Origin: Bdellovibrionales bacterium
GTDB lineage: Bacteria > Bdellovibrionota > Bdellovibrionia > Bdellovibrionales > JAGQZY01
Reading direction: 5' to 3'
NCBI GenBank assembly: GCA_964230645.1
Contig: CAXRHT010000002.1
Location: forward strand, 96,001-160,000
Length of the DNA: 64,000 nt
Below are positions 59,405 to 64,000 of this stretch, piece after piece (position 1 is the first letter of the stretch; every line of letters begins with the position of its first letter). The translations under genes and the position numbers were made by a program. Under the pieces are notes generated by a model. The model saw only the letters and a program-made list of their open reading frames with translations, did not search any database and was not told the DNA's origin.

Positions 59405-59944
59405 TTAAAGAATCAGCTTTCTCATTTCATCCTGAGAATAAACAAAGTCAGCGTAAATCATGGTGTTGGTGATATTGCGGTGTCCAAGGGCAAGCTGCAA
59501 AAGTCTGATGTCTTTTACTTTCTTATAAAGACGAATAGCGAAAGTGTGTCTTAGACAGTGAAACTTCTTTTTCACAGGTCGGTAATGCTCCCATATCTGT
59601 CTTAAGCGATGGTAGCTAATATCAAAGAGTTCCTCGCTTTTAATCGACTTAGAATAGGCTTCAAGGGCGTCGAAGAGCCAAGTGGGAAGAGGGATTTCTC
59701 GGTCATTGGAGCCCTTGATTCCTCTAATAAAGACACTCTGATCGTAAACGTTGAGGTCTTCCTTACGAATATTAAGAAGCTCCGTGGCTCGAGCCCCCGT
59801 ATGCATAGCTAAATAAAGCAAAAGGCAGTTTCTGGGCTCTTTCAGAACATAGCGTTTCAAGAGCACTTCAAGATGCTTATACTCTGGATCCAGTAGGAAC
59901 TTATTCTTGTTGATGGCGTAGGGCTTTGAGTGACGTGAACTCAT
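59405..59944 (-). CDS. Short tyrosine recombinase (catalytic domain only, FimB/FimE-like)
   Basis: HTGARATE (R), IKG (K), HCLRHTFA (HxxR), LGHRNITNTMIY (H, Y); 179 aa. Confidence 0.9.
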   Translation of the reverse strand: MSSRHSKPYAINKNKFLLDPEYKHLEVLLKRYVLKEPRNCLLLYLAMHTGARATELLNIRKEDLNVYDQSVFIRGIKGSNDREIPLPTWLFDALEAYSKSIKSEELFDISYHRLRQIWEHYRPVKKKFHCLRHTFAIRLYKKVKDIRLLQLALGHRNITNTMIYADFVYSQDEMRKLIL

Positions 59945-60079
59945 AGACTCATGACATGATGGAATGATAAAGAAGTCAATAAAGCTCTTCTGTCGAATTC
60001 GTTGACGAAGCACTTTGACACCTCTGTAAGCTTTTCAGACAGAGTAGGGTTTAGGCTTTGGCTCGTCTATATTCATTTT

Positions 60080-60931
60080 ATGCACAAAATCCTGCTTTTC
60101 TGCCTGCTACTGGGCGTTTTTGGATCTAGTTCCACCGCCTTTTCCCGAGCGAAGTGTTTGCAGGTCTTTACTAAAAAAGAAGAGGTTAAAGTCTCAGATA
60201 TCCATTTCACCCAGGATTTTATAGGAGTGGCTTGGGCTTTAACAAAACTGAACAATCTGCAGAAAAAGTATAAAAAATGGCAAAAGAACCACGAGGATGG
60301 CAACGCCGGTCAATATATCCTGCAGAGAACACGTAAAAAGAAAAGCATCCCAGCTATACGCGATATTCAAGGAAATATCAGGATTGTGGACAATCACCAT
60401 AGTTTCTTTAGCTATATGATGCTGCTTCTTGGTAGCCCAAAGGGAGAAGTGGTTGTGAGTATCGAAAAAGACTACACCACCCTCAATGGTCAGAGCATGA
60501 GGCCCTGGACACCGGAAGAATTTATGATCGATATGCAGGCCAATAACTGGGTGAATTTCATGGATTCCGATCGGCCAAACTGGGATGAACTTCAGGGGCT
60601 TCCGACTCGAATTGAGGACCTCAATGACAACCCCCTAAGATCCCTTCTCAGTATGACTTTACGGGCTCTACCAGTGCCGCTTAAGGGATCCGATTTTATC
60701 AATCATGGACAAAATGTGATTCTCGGTTTCATCGGGCCAAGGGTACAGGAAATTTCCGGCGAGGGGGCTGATCCTGTGAGTAAAAAAAATATCGAAAATC
60801 TCCGCGATATGATTTTAGAAGGGCGGCAAATTCTTGAAGAAATTCGAGCCAATTTGTCGCCTGATTTGGGTTCAAAAAGGCGAGAGAAAATCGAAGAATT
60901 TCTCGAAGAGGCCATTGAAAATTTGAGTTAA
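60080..60931 (+). CDS. ParB-like (ParBc_2-type) domain protein with signal peptide
   Basis: DIHFTQ..IG, IPAI......IVDNHH, M..NNW, LP..I..L.DNPLRSL. Confidence 0.7.
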   Translation: MHKILLFCLLLGVFGSSSTAFSRAKCLQVFTKKEEVKVSDIHFTQDFIGVAWALTKLNNLQKKYKKWQKNHEDGNAGQYILQRTRKKKSIPAIRDIQGNIRIVDNHHSFFSYMMLLLGSPKGEVVVSIEKDYTTLNGQSMRPWTPEEFMIDMQANNWVNFMDSDRPNWDELQGLPTRIEDLNDNPLRSLLSMTLRALPVPLKGSDFINHGQNVILGFIGPRVQEISGEGADPVSKKNIENLRDMILEGRQILEEIRANLSPDLGSKRREKIEEFLEEAIENLS

Positions 60932-61197
60932 AAAAACGATTCAAGAAAACGGGATAAAAAAAGTGAAAAATTGATCCCTAATGGATGCTTAAAAATTAAG
61001 CGCTTCAAAATGAGATTTACCTAGCCCTTACCCTTCGTTTTGGTCTCGCCTCACAGAGGGCAAATTTGGAAGCCTCAGGCAATCAATTAAAATAACCTAA
61101 TAATTTCAATAAGTTAGTATTACATCTTATAACTATAAGTGTGAATTTGTCCATTTTGAGGCGATCATCTCAAGAGAAAATACGAAATACCGAGTAA

Positions 61198-61210
61198 AAT
61201 CAATGACTTA
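61198..61210 (+). promoter_or_regulatory. IHF consensus site (second near-match at 61104-61116)
   Basis: AATCAATGACTTA matches WATCAANNNNTTR; TTTCAATAAGTTA has one mismatch. Confidence 0.55.
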
Positions 61211-61316
61211 CAAAGATTCTCCTGCTCTTAAGCTATAACATATTGCGTATCGCAACTAGTAATACAGTGAAATACAATATAAAAACAAACAAAACACAAC
61301 GTAGGGTAGGGTTAAA

Positions 61317-62054
61317 ATGGACGGAGAAAAAAACACCGCGGAAGATCCCATTGGGCTCTCCAAAGAGGATTTAGAGGCCCTTTTTGAGGGGGTCTTCAAT
61401 CAACAGACGGAAAACCAGGAAAAAAGCACTCAAAAGACACCCCAAAATACCCCCTTTTCGGAGGCTCCTGTTGAAGATTCAAAAACAGAGGAAGGAGAAA
61501 GTGGTTTTGAAAAGTCTCAGACTGGTAAAAGCAAGCCAGCAGCGACTGACAAGAGACCAAAATCTTCTTTGCGGTTTAAATATGAGGCCGAAGTTTCCAG
61601 CGTAATTAAAACCCACGGGGAGCTTGAGGACATTCGCCGCAAACTCGGACTTTCTAAAAGAAAAATATCTCAACTTCTCATGGTCGACCCCTCAGCCTGG
61701 ACTCGATGGACAAAGCCAAAAGGAGAAGCCCCTCCTCATATATATAGAGCCCTGGAGTGGTTTCTTTTGCTCCAGGAAAAACATCCGCAGTACAAGGCCA
61801 GTCTGTGGCTTAATGCTGTGGCCACACCTCAGATGCCGCCAAAAGAGATCGAAAGCTTAAAGCAGCAACTTTTGAGTTGGGCCCAGGAGGAAATGGAGCA
61901 GGAAAATTCCTCTAAAAGGGGAGTGCCTATGGAGAAAATCCAAAAAGAGAGTAAAGATAGAGGCCTTTTGACTCAGTTTGAAAAACGAGAGCGCTTTTTA
62001 AAAGTCATTATTCTCGCACTGATTGGTGCTCTTTTAGTCAGTCTGATCTTTTAA
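61317..62054 (+). CDS. XRE-like helix-turn-helix protein with C-terminal membrane anchor
   Basis: LEDIRRKLGLSKRKISQLLMVDPSAWTRW HTH; terminal VIILALIGALLVSLIF; disordered N-terminus. Confidence 0.75.
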   Translation: MDGEKNTAEDPIGLSKEDLEALFEGVFNQQTENQEKSTQKTPQNTPFSEAPVEDSKTEEGESGFEKSQTGKSKPAATDKRPKSSLRFKYEAEVSSVIKTHGELEDIRRKLGLSKRKISQLLMVDPSAWTRWTKPKGEAPPHIYRALEWFLLLQEKHPQYKASLWLNAVATPQMPPKEIESLKQQLLSWAQEEMEQENSSKRGVPMEKIQKESKDRGLLTQFEKRERFLKVIILALIGALLVSLIF

Positions 62055-62162
62055 CATCCCCCAGGATTGTAGAACCATGCGGCCTTTACTATACTAAAAG
62101 CTCGCTACCCAATGGGTGGATGAAATCTATACTTTAATAGACTATTTTTTTTAGCGGTGACT

Positions 62163-62999
62163 ATGCGAAAAATGACTAGAAAGAACATTCTTCACAATCT
62201 CCGTGTGGCTTTGAATTTAAGCCTCGATTACGCCCTTATTGCAGGCTTTATTTATATTCATATACATCTGATTCCAGGACCATTTACTTACATCTTTATT
62301 TGTTGGCTCATAGGCATTAAACAATTCTCTATCGGTGAGTCGCTTTTGCACGAGGCCTCCCATGGCATTTTATTTTACCCGAAAAGAATAAATAACTGGG
62401 CCAATGTGCTTGTGGCTTACCCCTTTTTTCATACCATTTCTCATTACCGCACAGGCCACTCAAAACACCACAAACTCCTGGCTCAAAAAGAGGACCCTTT
62501 GCTTATTAGGCATAAGGAGCTTGCTAAGAAAAAGAGTTTTTACGTGGAGTGGTTCGTTAAGCCTTTTCTTGGGGTGCAGGCTTATAAAAAAGTGATCAAA
62601 GTTTCTGAGAAGCTTAGACAAAAAAACTTCAAACCGGTCGTCATCTTTTGGGTGAGTTTAGTCGGCTTTTGTCTATGGATGGGCTGGGGAGTGGAATTGT
62701 TCATTTACTGGGTAATTCCGTTTTTCTGGTGCCAGACAACCTTGGTTCACTGGTCAGAATTAACGGACCACTATATGACCGAGGGGCACTCGCGCTCTGT
62801 GAATTCCTGGATCTATAACTTTCTTGTGGCTCATAACGGTGGGTATCATGCGGCCCATCATTTGCGGCCAAACATCCCTTTTTATCAACTTCCAACCCTC
62901 CAGAAAAATGAGTCTGAGAAAATCACAACTGATTGGACCAACGGATTTTGGAACACTTATTGGACCATTGAAAAGCGCCACAAAGCGAATCAAAAATAG
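62163..62999 (+). CDS. Membrane fatty acid desaturase family protein
   Basis: His boxes HEASH, HSKHH, HAAHH plus P.IPFYQLP. Confidence 0.9.
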   Translation: MRKMTRKNILHNLRVALNLSLDYALIAGFIYIHIHLIPGPFTYIFICWLIGIKQFSIGESLLHEASHGILFYPKRINNWANVLVAYPFFHTISHYRTGHSKHHKLLAQKEDPLLIRHKELAKKKSFYVEWFVKPFLGVQAYKKVIKVSEKLRQKNFKPVVIFWVSLVGFCLWMGWGVELFIYWVIPFFWCQTTLVHWSELTDHYMTEGHSRSVNSWIYNFLVAHNGGYHAAHHLRPNIPFYQLPTLQKNESEKITTDWTNGFWNTYWTIEKRHKANQK

Positions 63000-63161
63000 A
63001 TTCTTTTCCTTCATTACTTTCGCTTGGACTTTAGTGGTTGAAAGTATTTTTTTGTTTCAGATACAACAAGAGGTGTTTCGTTTTAGTGCTCCGATTTGAG
63101 AATAATTTTTGATGGTCTCCTTTTTTCTATCTTTTATCGGTCACTTACAGGTCTTTCTTCT

Positions 63162-63188
63162 TTAGCTTCTTGCAGGATCAGCCGATGG
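63162..63188 (+). promoter_or_regulatory. Sigma28-type promoter
   Basis: TTAG-N15-GCCGATGG upstream of 63224. Confidence 0.5.
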
Positions 63189-63223
63189 GAAAAGGAATGG
63201 ATTTGAAAAAGGAGCCGGGTCTT

Positions 63224-64000
63224 ATGATCGCTATCGAAAACGCAGCAAAGATCGTCTTAGCTTTTCTCGCTTTATTTTTAATTTCTTGTAGTAAAAAACA
63301 AAAAGAAACAGCTCAGTTAAATTTTCAATTTCAATCAAAAAGTAACACTGCTCTGAATTCAAAAATTGATACTTTGATCATCAATATTCATCATCCCGAA
63401 GGCCAAGTTCAGTACAAGCAGTGCGAAAATTCCTGTTCAAAAATTCAAATTGAAACGACTACAGGTCCCGGCAAACTGATTCAAGTTCTTGCGGTGGTGG
63501 ATGGTGCGATATCAGCAGATGTTCACTATGGTGATGTTCTCATTGATTTACAAGTGGGGAACAACGAGGTCCCTGTGGCACTGGCTAGCATGGGAAGTTT
63601 CTCATCAGAGGGGCGAGTGCAGGGGCGTTATATTCCAAGATCGGGTAAGCTTGCTGGGAAATATTTGACCGGTGAGCTTGAGATGAGAGTTTTTGTGGGA
63701 GAGGGGAAACCCGCCATAAAGATTCAAAAAAATGAGATCTTTGGGGGCCTTGTTAATCTTTTTGCTCTGGATACAATCCCCTTCCTTTATTACTTTAGCG
63801 GCGTTGATCAAAAAGGTGTGGCCTATAAAAACGAACCTATTTTTACCGACCTTCACGACGGAAGCGGCTTAACTCTTGATAGTCCGGGGCTCGCCCCTAA
63901 AGGCCGAGAAATCGTACACTTTACCTCTGTCGGAAATTATTTTGAACAGGATCGGGACGACACTTTTGTATCTCGTCCTAAATTCCACTCAATTCTGGGC
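63224..64000 (+). CDS. Lipoprotein running off the right edge (partial); N-terminus resembles the 38915-39589 lipoprotein
   Basis: AAGGAG RBS, MIAIENAAKIVLAFLALFLISC lipobox, open to window end; shared FQ....NTAL..I.IET..G...I pattern. Confidence 0.75.
   Translation, partial: MIAIENAAKIVLAFLALFLISCSKKQKETAQLNFQFQSKSNTALNSKIDTLIINIHHPEGQVQYKQCENSCSKIQIETTTGPGKLIQVLAVVDGAISADVHYGDVLIDLQVGNNEVPVALASMGSFSSEGRVQGRYIPRSGKLAGKYLTGELEMRVFVGEGKPAIKIQKNEIFGGLVNLFALDTIPFLYYFSGVDQKGVAYKNEPIFTDLHDGSGLTLDSPGLAPKGREIVHFTSVGNYFEQDRDDTFVSRPKFHSILG

Noticed and set aside
59405..59944. Calling the recombinase xerC or xerD
   Set aside because: About 120 aa too short and lacks the N-terminal domain.
60080..60931. 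Chromosome-partition ParB
   Set aside because: Signal peptide present, no HTH and no adjacent parA.
63000..63160. Minus-strand ACCGATAA box and AAGGAG suggesting a gene
   Set aside because: No start codon or open frame follows; at most a remnant.

Overview
A chromosomal segment, very probably from a predatory Bdellovibrionota bacterium. This is inferred from an FQNC-type lipoprotein, a MAT-like fibre adhesin, many orphan secreted proteins and peptidases, and sigma28-type promoters. Two housekeeping blocks face each other: miaB-gammaCA-guaB-guaA-dnaE on + (4.4-13 kb) and rpmF-fabH-fabD-fabG-acpP-fabF-rpiB-glyA on - (44.6-51.4 kb). Accessory secreted and lipoprotein genes and one tRNA-Val(GAC) lie between and around them. 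I saw no CRISPR array, rRNA, prophage or transposase. The most interesting signals are: (1) a FimB/FimE-like short tyrosine recombinase near an AT-rich spacer with an inverted repeat and IHF-consensus sites, ahead of a membrane-anchored HTH protein; (2) signal-peptide-bearing Fic and ParB-like proteins that share a C-x-x-V-F motif at the same distance from the predicted cleavage site, suggesting prey-delivered effectors; (3) a lipoprotein with a C-terminal cleavage-only Hint domain; (4) REP-like palindromes whose ends are repeated outward as decaying ladders; (5) a dispersed intergenic TCTCA-N3-TGAGA palindrome. All functional calls come from motif recognition by eye; no searches were run.
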